From Bacillota bacterium (GTDB lineage: Bacteria; Bacillota; Sulfobacillia; Fermentithermobacillales; Fermentithermobacillaceae), in NCBI GenBank assembly GCA_040767525.1, contig JAXGOJ010000001.1:96852-160851 (forward strand): a stretch of DNA of 64,000 bases, written 5' to 3'. The notes under the pieces were generated by a model. The model had not been told where the DNA came from, ran no database searches, and saw only the letters and a list, made by a program, of their open reading frames with translations. The position numbers were made by a program, and so were the translations under genes. Below are positions 21,009 to 32,305 of this stretch, in pieces (the stretch's first letter is position 1; each line of letters starts with the position of its first letter).

Positions 21009-22730
21009 TCACAGGGTCTTTACTACTACAGTTTTAGCACCTTTGTATGTTACGAAACCCGGGGGACTTCCTCCGGGTTTCTTGACATTTCCAGCGTCAA
21101 CCCAATCAACTTCTACCTTACCCGCCTCTTTGGCCTGGGATCTCTGAGCAGCAATACTTGCAGCCCAGTTCAAGAGGCCTGCAGTCAGGGCCTTGCCTGG
21201 CAGGACTCGAAGGAGCACATGGGCGCCCTTTACACCCCTGGCATGAAGCCAAATATCACCTGGTTTTCTCAAATGTCTTACAAGATACTCATTGCCCTGT
21301 GCGCTCTTGCCTGCAAATAGGATTGCTCCATCAGCACCGTGTATTATTTCAACCGATTCCATAGGGTTGTAGGAGAAAACTCTCTTGCTGCTTGGAGATT
21401 TCCTATCAGTTTTCCGCTTAGCCAGGGGAAGGCGTACGTTGGCCTCAAGGGCAATTTCCATTAGCTTTTCTTCGATAACAGACAAGCTGTCTATATGGTT
21501 TTCCTGCTCAAGCAGTGCCTCAATACAGCGCAACCCCTCAAGGTGGGTGCAAACGCCCTTTAGTGATCTTTCCAAAACCTTCTGAGTTCTCTTGAGTTTT
21601 GCAAACATTGAGTAGTACCTGCGGGCATTCTCGCCAGATGAGAACCTGGGGTCCAAAGGCACATACATTTCCTCAGGAGGGTTCCGGTAATAGTTGAGTA
21701 CTTTGATCCGGCTATGTCCTCCCGGAAGCTCCTCGCCTGTTGCGTTTATCAGCTCTGCCCAAATCCGGAAGTTTTCAAAGTCCAGGGATTTCTCCAGGTC
21801 GGCTTTTTGCGCTAGGAATTTGGACACGACTTTCCTATTAATTTTCTTATATAAAGATCTTACATGAGCCTCCAGGGCCCTTTGCTGTTCAAAATATGCA
21901 AGATAGTCTTTGTATGCTGCTGCACCCTCAAGCACAGACGTAAAGGTTTTTTTAGGACTCAAGTGGTACAAAGGAAAAACACCGAATACAGGCTCCCCTG
22001 ATTCACGCCAAAACACTCCAGGAGAAAATCTCCCGTTCATGAGACAGTCCTTTATCTCTGCCAGGCTCTCATACAGATTTCCAGCGTGGTATTTTGTAAA
22101 GGGCTGATTCTCTGATAGGCCCATTTTTGCCGCTATGCTCAAAGCCAAATCCTTTCCCATCCCGTCTATACGCGAGACTAGCCCTCTATGAGCAGGCTGT
22201 CCTGTAACACAAATCTCAGCGGCAACCCCCAACAAATCTACCTGTGACAACAGGTTGACTTTGCCGGATTTGGGCGGATAGTAACTCTCACCCAACTGAA
22301 GGCGCCGGTTTTTGGTGGAAATGGCAACCTCTGTGACTCCGTTGCAGGTCAACCCAATACCAGGGCTTCCGGCTGCATCAAAAACAAGTGTATATTCAAG
22401 AAGAGTCCCAAGAGTATCCCACCCGGTAAAATCAAAGTAAATGATTCTATCCAGGCCTTCCTGGCGTGTTCGGTGGAGAATACCTCCTTCAAGGCGGTTC
22501 CTCAGTGCCAGGCATGTTCCCGAAGGGATCTTGGGCATCTCAGGTTTTTCATTGATAAACCCAAAAAAAGGGGTATTCCGTTCAAGAGATATTACAAGGC
22601 CTCTTTTGAATTCCCTGCTCCAAAGGGAAATCAACAGGCATTTCTCCGATGGGTGATATATTTTTTGCACCTTCATAGGAAGGTATCTTTCAAGTTCACG
22701 ACGTATAGCATAAAGGGATATTCCGTCCAA
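21009..22730 (-). CDS. rqcH: NFACT family ribosome quality control protein RqcH (FbpA/Rqc2)
   Basis: MDGISL..KIYHP N-terminus, GLDRII, LDP..S..NARRYY..F.KLK coiled coil, NFACT-R GKSAQGNEYL..DIWLHARGVKGAHV. Confidence 0.88.
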   Translation of the reverse strand: MDGISLYAIRRELERYLPMKVQKIYHPSEKCLLISLWSREFKRGLVISLERNTPFFGFINEKPEMPKIPSGTCLALRNRLEGGILHRTRQEGLDRIIYFDFTGWDTLGTLLEYTLVFDAAGSPGIGLTCNGVTEVAISTKNRRLQLGESYYPPKSGKVNLLSQVDLLGVAAEICVTGQPAHRGLVSRIDGMGKDLALSIAAKMGLSENQPFTKYHAGNLYESLAEIKDCLMNGRFSPGVFWRESGEPVFGVFPLYHLSPKKTFTSVLEGAAAYKDYLAYFEQQRALEAHVRSLYKKINRKVVSKFLAQKADLEKSLDFENFRIWAELINATGEELPGGHSRIKVLNYYRNPPEEMYVPLDPRFSSGENARRYYSMFAKLKRTQKVLERSLKGVCTHLEGLRCIEALLEQENHIDSLSVIEEKLMEIALEANVRLPLAKRKTDRKSPSSKRVFSYNPMESVEIIHGADGAILFAGKSAQGNEYLVRHLRKPGDIWLHARGVKGAHVLLRVLPGKALTAGLLNWAASIAAQRSQAKEAGKVEVDWVDAGNVKKPGGSPPGFVTYKGAKTVVVKTL

Positions 22731-22804
22731 CGTAACCCACCTCGCGAATTTGAGTATACCGTTAATACCGGATTGGGTTCAATATTAAAAAGAGGTGACA
22801 GAAT

Positions 22805-23173
22805 GTGACTTTCGCGTTAGAACCGCATACCTTGCAGGAAATGGGGTTTTCTATCATAAAGCAAAATGAAGACATCATCAAGATTGTAAAAGGCCGTTGC
22901 GAAATATATATTACAGACTGTGGAACATACACAAGGTTGGAGCTTCCGGTGATCAATCTTTGGGGAAAACGTAAGAGTTCTTCGTCTTTGATGGAGTATC
23001 TCCTGGATAGAAACGGAGAACTGAACGGGCCAGGCTTTTTTGGGATTAAGGACCGGCGTATCTATTACATATCAATAATCCAAAACAACGGAAGGATTGA
23101 GGAAACAGCCCTTGAAATGCAGAGAATCATAGAGAAACTAGGCCCCAAAATCATGAACATTGCCAAGCAGTAA
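22805..23173 (+). CDS. Hypothetical protein, possibly YbjN / T3S-chaperone-like fold
   Basis: 122-aa ORF with RBS. The pattern LMEYLLDRN....GFFG resembles that fold by eye only. Confidence 0.6.
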   Translation: MTFALEPHTLQEMGFSIIKQNEDIIKIVKGRCEIYITDCGTYTRLELPVINLWGKRKSSSSLMEYLLDRNGELNGPGFFGIKDRRIYYISIIQNNGRIEETALEMQRIIEKLGPKIMNIAKQ

Positions 23174-23229
23174 CCCAGGGGCAGGTACCTGAGATGTTTG
23201 TGATACCATAAGAAAATGGGAGGGGAAAT

Positions 23230-24045
23230 GTGATCCAGCAAAGACAAAAACCCAATCTAAAGTTACTGGCTTGTGATCTTGACGGGACTCTTATTGGGCC
23301 CGATGATTACGGAATTGAGGTAGCGAAACAAACCGTGGATTCTTGCCGGAAACACGGGATTAAAGTGACAGTGGCAACTGGAAGGGCTTTCGGGGCTGCA
23401 GAAAAATATGTTAAATACCTTGGCATAGATAAGCCTGTAATAGCAAACGGAGGCGCCCTTATTGCCCGGGTGGGACAAACTCCAATCTATGAAAAAACCA
23501 TAGAAAAAGAGGTAGCCCAGGACATTGCCCTTGAGCTGAAAAGGCTCGGTTACCCTTTTTACTTCTTTGTAGGTAAACACATGTATACAGACGTGAATTG
23601 TCCGGAAACCAAAAGATACTCGGAAATTTTGGGTTACCCAATCAGGACAGTTGAGTCACTTAAGGAAATCAAAGGGCGTCCAACGGGGATTGTCCTGAGG
23701 GTGCCACCTGAGAAGGCAGATTATCTGGCAGCAAAACTGCACTCAAAATGGCAGCCGAAAACAACTGTAATTAAGAGCATGCCACACTTGCTTGAAATTC
23801 AGGCACTCGGGGTATCCAAGGCCAAGGCCCTTGAATTCCTTGCAGGTTCCATGAACATAGACAGGGAAGTGGTTCTTACCATCGGAGATGGACTCAACGA
23901 CCTGGATATGCTCATGTGGTCAGGAATGAAAGCGGCTGTTGGCAATGCTCATCAGATCGTAAAGAGAAATGTTCCATATGTGTCAAAGAACCGGTTTGCT
24001 GAAGGAGTTCTTGAGATAGTAGAGAAGTTTATCCAGGTGATATGA
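23230..24045 (+). CDS. Cof-type HAD-IIB hydrolase
   Basis: ACDLDGTLI, VATGR, IANGGALI, GVSKAKAL, IGDGLNDLDML. Confidence 0.93.
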   Translation: MIQQRQKPNLKLLACDLDGTLIGPDDYGIEVAKQTVDSCRKHGIKVTVATGRAFGAAEKYVKYLGIDKPVIANGGALIARVGQTPIYEKTIEKEVAQDIALELKRLGYPFYFFVGKHMYTDVNCPETKRYSEILGYPIRTVESLKEIKGRPTGIVLRVPPEKADYLAAKLHSKWQPKTTVIKSMPHLLEIQALGVSKAKALEFLAGSMNIDREVVLTIGDGLNDLDMLMWSGMKAAVGNAHQIVKRNVPYVSKNRFAEGVLEIVEKFIQVI

Positions 24046-24105
24046 GCATAGTAAAGATAATGAAAGCCAAAGGGCTTTGTGTAGCCGAAAGGAGGATACT
24101 GTCTT

Positions 24106-25749
24106 ATGAAAGTTCCCATAAAGGCTCCTAGAGGCAATTTGCTCAGCTGCAAGGGATGGCAGCAAGAAGCCGCCCTGCGCATGCTTATGAATAACCTCGA
24201 AAACGCGGAAAAACCTGACGAACTTATTGTATACGGTGGTACAGGTAAGGCAGCCAGGAATTGGGAATGCTACGAAGCAATAGTAAAATCCCTTAGGAAT
24301 CTTGGAGACGAGGAAACCCTCATGGTGCAATCGGGCAAACCGGTAGCTGTATTTCCAACCCACAAGTACGCACCAAGAGTGTTGATTTCCAACGCGATGC
24401 TGGTACCCAATTGGGCTACCTGGGATGATTTTTGGAATCTTGAGGCCAAGGGTTTGACTATGTATGGCCAGATGACTGCAGGAAGCTGGATATACATAGG
24501 CACCCAGGGAATACTCCAGGGCACATATGAAACCCTTGCATCACTGGCAGACAGGCATTTTGGAGGTACCCTCAAAGGTAAGTTAGTCCTAACCGCTGGC
24601 CTGGGCGGGATGGGAGGGGCCCAACCTTTGGCCATTACCATGAACGATGGTGTAGGGTTGATTGTTGAAATCGAGCGTGCCCGTATCAAGAGGCGACACG
24701 AGATCGGCTATGTAGATGTAGTAGCAAAGGATCTGGACGATGCTATTGCCATGGCCAGAAAAGCCCTGGATGAAGGCAACTCCCTTTCAATAGCCCTGGA
24801 GGGAAACGCATCTGACATCCATCCTGAACTGGTGAAACGAGGTATCATTCCGGATGTGGTAACAGACCAAACCTCGGCCCATGATCCTCTTAACGGATAC
24901 GTTCCCGGTGGCATGACTTTTGAAGAAGCCCTGGCCCTAAGGCAAAAAGATCGTGGCCGGTATGTAAAGCAATCTATGGAGTCCATGAGACGCCATTGTG
25001 AATCTATGGTTGAAATGCAAAAACGCGGAGCTATAGTATTTGATTATGGAAATAACCTGCGAGGCCAGGCCCATGAAGCCGGATTCAAAGACGCTTTTTC
25101 ATACCCGGGTTTTGTGCCGGCTTTTATAAGGCCATTGTTCTGCGAAGGAAGAGGCCCATTCAGGTGGGCTGCTCTTTCGGGAGACCCTGAAGATATTCTT
25201 AAAACAGATCAGGCAGTCCTAGAACTGTTTCCTGAAAACGCAAGTTTACGGCGCTGGATCACTAAAGCAGAAAAATCCGTGCCCTTCGAGGGTCTTCCAT
25301 CAAGAGTATGCTGGCTGGGTTACGGGGAGCGTGTTAAATTCGGCTTGAAAATTAACGAAATGGTAAGGCAAGGTGTTCTGAAAGCGCCTATTGTAATCGG
25401 AAGAGACCACCTTGATACAGGCTCTGTGGCATCGCCCTACCGGGAAACAGAGGGAATGAAAGACGGCTCAGACCCAATTGCAGACTGGCCAATCCTCAAT
25501 GCCCTGATAAACGCCGTATCAGGAGCCAGCTGGATTTCTGTTCACCATGGGGGCGGAGTTGGAATCGGACTGTCGATTCATGCAGGTATGGTAGTGGTAG
25601 CCGATGGCACTGACGACGCTGACTGGAGACTCAAAAGAGTGCTGAATACTGACCCTGGAATGGGTGTCGTCCGTCATGCCGATGCCGGCTACGAGAAAGC
25701 AATTGAAACGGCTAAACGGGGCAATATAGACATGCCCATGTTAGAGTAA
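24106..25749 (+). CDS. hutU: Urocanate hydratase
   Basis: [78 protein letters not shown]; intact 547 aa. Confidence 0.97.
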   Translation: MKVPIKAPRGNLLSCKGWQQEAALRMLMNNLENAEKPDELIVYGGTGKAARNWECYEAIVKSLRNLGDEETLMVQSGKPVAVFPTHKYAPRVLISNAMLVPNWATWDDFWNLEAKGLTMYGQMTAGSWIYIGTQGILQGTYETLASLADRHFGGTLKGKLVLTAGLGGMGGAQPLAITMNDGVGLIVEIERARIKRRHEIGYVDVVAKDLDDAIAMARKALDEGNSLSIALEGNASDIHPELVKRGIIPDVVTDQTSAHDPLNGYVPGGMTFEEALALRQKDRGRYVKQSMESMRRHCESMVEMQKRGAIVFDYGNNLRGQAHEAGFKDAFSYPGFVPAFIRPLFCEGRGPFRWAALSGDPEDILKTDQAVLELFPENASLRRWITKAEKSVPFEGLPSRVCWLGYGERVKFGLKINEMVRQGVLKAPIVIGRDHLDTGSVASPYRETEGMKDGSDPIADWPILNALINAVSGASWISVHHGGGVGIGLSIHAGMVVVADGTDDADWRLKRVLNTDPGMGVVRHADAGYEKAIETAKRGNIDMPMLE

Positions 25750-25782
25750 AAACCGTATATTTTGCTTTTGCAGAGGGAAACT

Positions 25783-25822
25783 TTTTCGAGCGCCCGACCC
25801 AAAACAGCCGGGCGCTCGAAAA
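25783..25822. terminator. Bidirectional-type terminator hairpin after hutU
   Basis: ttttcgagcgcccg / cgggcgctcgaaaa perfect 14-bp inverted repeat. Confidence 0.7.
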
Positions 25823-25910
25823 TTATTTGAAGTCCTTTGGAGGAAACACCGGGCCGGTAATAGAAAAGCGTATATGTACGCTAAGTAATCGGAAAGGCAG
25901 GCAGAGCTCA

Positions 25911-27211
25911 ATGATTAAAGATAAACTGAAAGAAACGGTTCTTAACGAGATAGACAAAAACCGGAAGAAAATCATTGATCTGGGACAAGATATAATGGCC
26001 CATCCAGAACTGGGATACAAGGAGGTTAGAACTTCAAATATCGTAAAGAAGGCTTTTTCCGAACTCAATCTTGACGTTACAGATACTTTGGGATAACCGG
26101 TGTATCAGGAGTGCTCTCTTCAGGCAAAGACGGACCTAACCTGTGCATTATGGGAGAACTTGACGCAGTTGTATGCCCGGGACACCCATATGCAGATCCT
26201 TTGACCGGGGCATACATGCCTGCGGACATAACGGACAGGTAGCCTCCATGATAGGCTCTGCAATTGGGCTTGTTGATTCAGAAGCGATGAAATACCTGTC
26301 AGGTAAGGTTACTTTTCTGGGAGTACCGGCTGAGGAATATGTGGAAGTAGAATACAGACAAAAACTCAGAAAAGAAGGCAAAATTCAGTTCCTCGGAGGA
26401 AAGCAAGAGCTTTGGCACAAGGATTCTTTGATAATGTAGATATGGCAATGATGATTCATATGGCTGCTCTGGGGCCTGATAAGAAGGTTATAGTAGGTGG
26501 GACTTCCAATGGATTTATCGGCAAACTCATCAAATACAAAGGCAAGGAGTCACATGCAGGAGCTGCGCCCCACATAGGCATAAATGCTCTTAATGCGGCG
26601 CTCCTGGGGCTTATGGGAATCCACCTGCAAAGAGAAACATTTAAGGACGAAGATCATATAAGAGTACATCCAATCATCACAAAAGGCGGAGATCTGGTTA
26701 ATGTCATTCCTGCAGACGTCAGGATGGAAACTTACGTGAGGAAAGTCCTGAAGCAATAATTGAGGCAAATAAGAGAGTAACAAGGGCCCTGAGAGCCGGG
26801 GCAGATGCCTTGAGCAATGGTTGAAATAGACGACATCCCAGGTTATCTGCCAAGGCGCAGCTGTCAATCCCTGGACGATGTGTTTAGGTACTATGCTGTG
26901 GCCTTGTTGGAGAACAGATGGTGGATACAGGCGCTCACGGTGCAGGATCGTCGGATATGGGAGACATAATGCATGTATTACCTGCCATCCATCCTTCATG
27001 CGGAGGAGCCAAAGGAGCAGGGCATTCTGAGGAATATGTAGTAGATGATCCTGAAACTGCGTATGTACTGCCGGCCAAACTACTTGCGCTTACGGCCATC
27101 GACCTTTTGTGGGGCGATGCAACCCTGGGAAAGGAAATAACAGACGAGTTTGAACCACTGATGACAAAAGAAGAATATCTGGATATGTGGGATCGAACAC
27201 TTTGCGACTAG
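25911..27211 (+). CDS. M20 family amidohydrolase (AbgB/ACY1L2-like), at least 4 apparent frameshifts
   Basis: HPELGYKE, GELDA, HACGHN, PAEE, MMIHM, GKESHAG.APH.GINAL, RVHPIITKGG, GSSDMGD spread over several frames. Confidence 0.88.
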
Positions 27212-27241
27212 AACCTGAAAAGAAGGGGGCTTGATGCCAGA

Positions 27242-29938
27242 ATGCCTGCCCAGAGATGGTTTTGGTTTCTCATCGGTATAGCTGTAGCCCTGAGCCTGGC
27301 TTCAACGGGTTTGGCCAAATTCTATACAGATGTCCTATGGTTTCATGAAGCAGGCTATAGTTCAGTGTATTGGACAGTGTTAAGGGCAAGGTGGCTTGTG
27401 GCTCTTGCAGGAAGTCTGATCTTCTTCCTGGTAGCCCTTGGCAACCTTTCAGCGGCTATCTGGGGAAGACGCGAGCTAAACATAGTGGGGGGGTTAATTA
27501 TGCCCGTGCCCATTCAAGCCCCTGAAAGAATTGCTCGCTGGATTCTGATAATTTCAGTGGTAGTCGGAGTTCTTGGAGGATTATCCGGCTATAGCCAATG
27601 GCACATTATCCTGGCTCACCTGAATTCCACTTCATTTAACATAGATGATCCCTTTTTTGGAAAAGACGTAGGTTTTTACGTTTTTAACCTGCCTTTTCTA
27701 AGTCTTTTGCAGCAGCATCTATGGGTTGCCTTTGTTGCAGCCTTGCTTTTGTCAGGAATTGTCTATTTTATGTTTGGCGATCTTCGTTTCAGCGGCAGAA
27801 GAATGCTGGTAACCCGGAGGGCGCGAATACATATTTCAATCCTTGCAGCAATTTTGTTTGCCCTGAGAGCCTGGCACTATAAGATAAGTACCTGGAACCT
27901 TATGTATTCCCCAAGAGGAGTTGCTTTCGGAGCTTCTTAGACCGACATACATGCCCAGGTTCCGGCATACAAGGGGTTAATTGTCGCTGCCATGATAGGA
28001 GCAGCTTTTTCTTTGCTCGGGATTGTCATGCGAAATTTCCGCTGGATAGGATATGCTGCTGTGGGGCTTGTAGTCATGTCATTTATTGCAGGATACGCTT
28101 ATCCCGAGTTTGTTCAACAGTTTACCGTATCGCCTAACGAAATTGCATATGAAGTACCCTTTATTGAGAAAAACATTCAATTCACCAGAGATGCTTTCGG
28201 CTTGAGCAAGATTAACATTATCGAGTATCCGGCAGATGATTCCCTGGCCAGGGAAGACATTGCAGAAAATCTCGGGACTATCAATAACCTCAGGCTCTGG
28301 GATTACAGGGTGCTGAAAGATACATTCAGCCAGGTACAGGAAATTAGAATGTACTATAGGTTCAACGACGTAGATATTGACAGGTATACTGTGAACGGAG
28401 ATCTCCGCCAGGTATTGCTTTCGCCTCGGGAACTCGACGTAAACCTGCTGCCTCCTGATGCCATAACATGGGTAAACTTGCACCTGAAATACACCCATGG
28501 TTACGGCCTGGTAATGAGTCCATCCCGGGATGTTACCCGGGATGGTATGCCCGCTTTCTACTTTATGGATGTACCGCCCAAAACAACCACTGATCTTACA
28601 CTTGGCCGGCCTGAACTGTACTTTGGAGAGCTCACAAACCATTATGTTATTGTCAACACAAAAGAACCTGAATTTGATTACCCCAGACTGGATTCTCAGG
28701 CAATAGAACCTACTTTCTATGAAGGCAATGCCGGCATTGGCCTAAACAAATTCTTGAGAAAACTTGCTTTCATGATACGATTCAGAGATTATCAGATACT
28801 GGTATCAGGTGCTTTGACACCTGATTCCAAAATGATTATGAACCGGAATATTGTAGATAGAGTAAAGACAATCGCCCCGTTTTTCCTCTACGATCAGGAT
28901 CCGTACCTTGTTTTGGCAGAAGGCAGACTGTACTGGTTCATAGATGGTTATACAGTATCTTCAAATTACCCGTATAGCCAACCTGACAGCGTTTTGAGAG
29001 TGAATTACATGCGGAATGCAGTCAAAGCGGTTGTTGACGCTTACAATGGGACAATCGCGTTCTACGGCGTAGATGAAACTGACCCGATACTGGAAACATA
29101 CCGGAAGATTTTTCCGGATTTGATTAAGCCCTTAGAGGAAATGCCCCTGGATCTACGTAAGCATATCCGTTTTCCACAGGATTTGTTTACTGTGCAAACC
29201 AGAATGCTGACGACATATCATATGACAGACCCTCACGTTTACTACAATAAGGAAGACTATTGGGAAATCCCCAAAGAGATTTACGGCAACCAAGAACAAG
29301 TGGTAGAACCCTATTTCATTGTGCTTGCATTGCCAGGGGAAACAGCAACCGAATATATTCAAATTACACCGTTTACTCCCCGGGGAAAACCAAACATGAC
29401 TGCATGGCTGGCAGTAAGATGCGACCCTGATAACTACGGGGAAATGCTTCTTTACAGATTACCGAAGGATAAGCACATACCAGGCCCTATGCAGGTAGAG
29501 TCTCTGATTGCCCAAAACCCGGGTATATCAGAGGCCATGACATTATGGGGGCAAGTCGGATCTCAGGTCATAAGAGGGAATCTCTTGACCATCCCAATGG
29601 ACGGGTCTTTTCTGTATGTAGAGCCCTTGTATATTCAAGCCGAGAAGGTAAAAATACCTGAACTCAAACGTGTCTTAATGTACGCAGGAGGCAAAGTCGT
29701 CATGGGAACTACAGTGGAAGATGCCCTAAACCAGCTATTAGGGGCCGTACCTGAAGCACCCCCTAGGCCTGAAACCGAACTCGGGGATATGGCCGGTTTG
29801 ATAGATCGGGCTAACGAACTATGGACAGAGGCCCAGGCTAAACTCGGAAACCGGGACTGGGCAGGTTATGGTGGCGCAATAGATGAACTTGGCAGGCTCC
29901 TTAGAGAACTGCAAAGACTGCAAACCGGGGGGCCATAG
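27242..29938 (+). CDS. UPF0182 family membrane protein, with an in-frame TAG at 27938-27940
   Basis: DVLWF..GY, DPFFGKDVGFY.F.LP, GAS*TDIHA, NLRLWD, YYRFNDVDIDRY, YTHGYG, DQDPYLV, NYMRNAVKAVVDAYNG. Both ORFs are in the same frame. Confidence 0.92.
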
Positions 29939-29994
29939 CCCCTTATCATGTATGGCTGTCAGTGCTACACTAGATATGGGAAGGAAGTGCAAAC

Positions 29995-31302
29995 ATGAAC
30001 GGAGCAATACATAATACTACTGTCAGCAAAGTAGATTCATACGAAAACCGCACAGTTAGCCTGAAAGGATGGCTGTACAATAAACGTTCATCAGGGAAGA
30101 TCATTTTCATTATAATCCGGGATGGAACAGGAATAATACAGTGTGTTGGCTCACGGAAAGATATAGGCGATGAGGTATTCCTGCAACTGGACAGGCTGAA
30201 TCAGGAATCATCTTTGAAAGTACAAGGGACGGTAAGACGAGACTCGAGGGCTCCTGGCGGATATGAAATTGCCATGACCAACTGTCAGATCATAAGCGAA
30301 GCATTCGAAGATTACCCTATTAGCCTGAAAGAACACGGAGTAGAGTTTTTGCTGGATAAAAGGCATCTGTGGATACGAACCCCGCGCCAAAGGGCCATCC
30401 TTAGAATAAGGGCGGAAATCGTAAAAGCTTGCCGGGATTTCCTGGATGAAGAAGGTTTTATTAACGTCGACGCCCCAATCCTGACACCTTCTGCATGTGA
30501 GGGCACAACAACATTGTTTGCCACTGAATATTTTGGGGAAGAAGCATACCTAAGCCAAAGCGGGCAATTGTATAATGAGGCTGCCATTATGTCCCTTGGG
30601 AAGGTCTACTGCTTTGGGCCTGCATTTCGAGCTGAAAAGTCAAAAACTCGCCGCCACCTGACCGAATTCTGGATGGTTGAGCCTGAAGCAGCTTTCATGC
30701 AGTTCGACGAGCTTTTGGTTTTTGAAGAAAATATGGTGGCCTATGTAATAAAGAAAGTGCTGGAAACATGTGAGTCTGAATTAGAAGAAGTCGGGAGAAA
30801 TCCTGACAGTCTGACTGCCATTGAACCGCCTTTCCCCAGAATTACATATACCGAAGCAATTGAGATGCTAAAGGGCAAGGGGATGGATATTTCCTGGGGC
30901 GAAGACTTTGGTGCCCCCCATGAAACCGAGATCGCTTCTGAATACAGCAAGCCAGTATTTGTTACTCACTACCCGACAAAAATTAAGGCCTTCTATATGC
31001 AGCCGGATCCAAAGAACCCGGACACCGTACTGGGAGCTGATCTCCTGGCCCCTGAAGGCTATGGGGAGATAATAGGCGGCGGAGAACGAATATTTGATTA
31101 CAATCTGCTTTTGGAAAGGCTTAAGGAGCACCGTCTTCCTCTGGCAGATTACCAGTGGTATCTGGATTTGCGAAAATATGGCTCAATACCTCACAGTGGT
31201 TTCGGAATGGGGATAGAACGTGTTGTGGCCTGGCTATGCGGGCTTGAGCATGTGAGGGAAACCAGCCCGTTCCCGAGGATGATCACAAGATTGAGGCCAT
31301 GA
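29995..31302 (+). CDS. asnS: Asparagine--tRNA ligase
   Basis: [63 protein letters not shown]. Confidence 0.96.
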   Translation: MNGAIHNTTVSKVDSYENRTVSLKGWLYNKRSSGKIIFIIIRDGTGIIQCVGSRKDIGDEVFLQLDRLNQESSLKVQGTVRRDSRAPGGYEIAMTNCQIISEAFEDYPISLKEHGVEFLLDKRHLWIRTPRQRAILRIRAEIVKACRDFLDEEGFINVDAPILTPSACEGTTTLFATEYFGEEAYLSQSGQLYNEAAIMSLGKVYCFGPAFRAEKSKTRRHLTEFWMVEPEAAFMQFDELLVFEENMVAYVIKKVLETCESELEEVGRNPDSLTAIEPPFPRITYTEAIEMLKGKGMDISWGEDFGAPHETEIASEYSKPVFVTHYPTKIKAFYMQPDPKNPDTVLGADLLAPEGYGEIIGGGERIFDYNLLLERLKEHRLPLADYQWYLDLRKYGSIPHSGFGMGIERVVAWLCGLEHVRETSPFPRMITRLRP

Positions 31303-31321
31303 GCGGGAGGGAGGTAATATC

Positions 31322-32229
31322 ATGGCCGGGGAAATTAATGATACCCGTGGGAAATTGACAGAGTTAGGCGAACGCATTAGAGCTCAAAGGGAACACCTCG
31401 GGTTATCTGTGCAGGAAGTAGAAGAACAAACCAAAATTCGCTCCAAATACCTTATGGCAATAGAAGCAGGAGAGGATAAGATAGCTCCGGGAAAAGCCTA
31501 TTTCCGGGTATTTCTTAAATCTTATGCTGACTTCTTAGGCTTCTGGACGGACTTGAGTTTTCTCGAATGTATCAGGAAATCAGTGCAAAGCCAAAAGAAA
31601 CCCGTATTGTCCGCCGGCAGGCAGTAAAAAACGGAGGAACGATAGCTGAAAGACGTGAGCTACCTCAGTACAAAACTCAACCGGAAGTTCGAAGAGCCAG
31701 GCGCCGCCGGGGGAAAGCCAACGGCAGTATGGTGACAACCATTGTCATTTTGGCCCTTATGATCGCTGTCATCTGGGGAGCTGCAAAGCTTTGGCAAGAT
31801 TACCTGCACCCGGGGCAGTCTAATGAAACTTCCGATTTGAACAACGGTGAATCTTTGGAACCCGGTCCGGAACCAGATCCGGATAAACCCGGGGTAGAGC
31901 CTGAAGACACTGTCAAAGTCGCAAGATCTGAGCCTGGCCAGGACGTCACTTTATTTGAGACCGACAAGACTCCCATGGAAATTACCCTGACTACTCTACC
32001 AGATGAAGATGTCAGATGCTGGATTAATGTGCAATCTGATGGAAAACTCGTGGTTGAAAAAACAATGGGGCCAAACGAAACCCTGGAGTTTACTGCCCAA
32101 AAAGAAATGCGAGTCAGGGCAGGTAAGCCCTGGGTCCTGACGATTATCCTAAACGGCCATGATTTTGGAACAGGAGGGCCTGTGGGGCCTGTCAAAGATC
32201 TCGTATTCCGGTACAACGAGGAAATGTAA
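31322..32229 (+). CDS. rodZ: RodZ-like HTH membrane protein with DUF4115 domain (frameshift near 31540)
   Basis: LGERIRAQREHLGLSVQEVEEQTKIRSKYLMAIEAG, then a TM helix, a Pro-rich linker and a CWINVQSDG..RVRAGKP domain. Confidence 0.85.
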
Positions 32230-32237
32230 CTACCTCA

Positions 32238-32266
32238 TCATACCTCCAATGAGTTTTCCATATGAT
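32238..32266 (+). promoter_or_regulatory. SigmaE (mother cell)-type promoter
   Basis: TCATACC-N14-CATATGAT matches the B. subtilis sigmaE consensus and spacing. It lies upstream of a dacB-like gene. Confidence 0.6.
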
Positions 32267-32305
32267 GTTCTTGATCCTCCCTAGAATCTGGAGTGGTGGT
32301 ATGTT

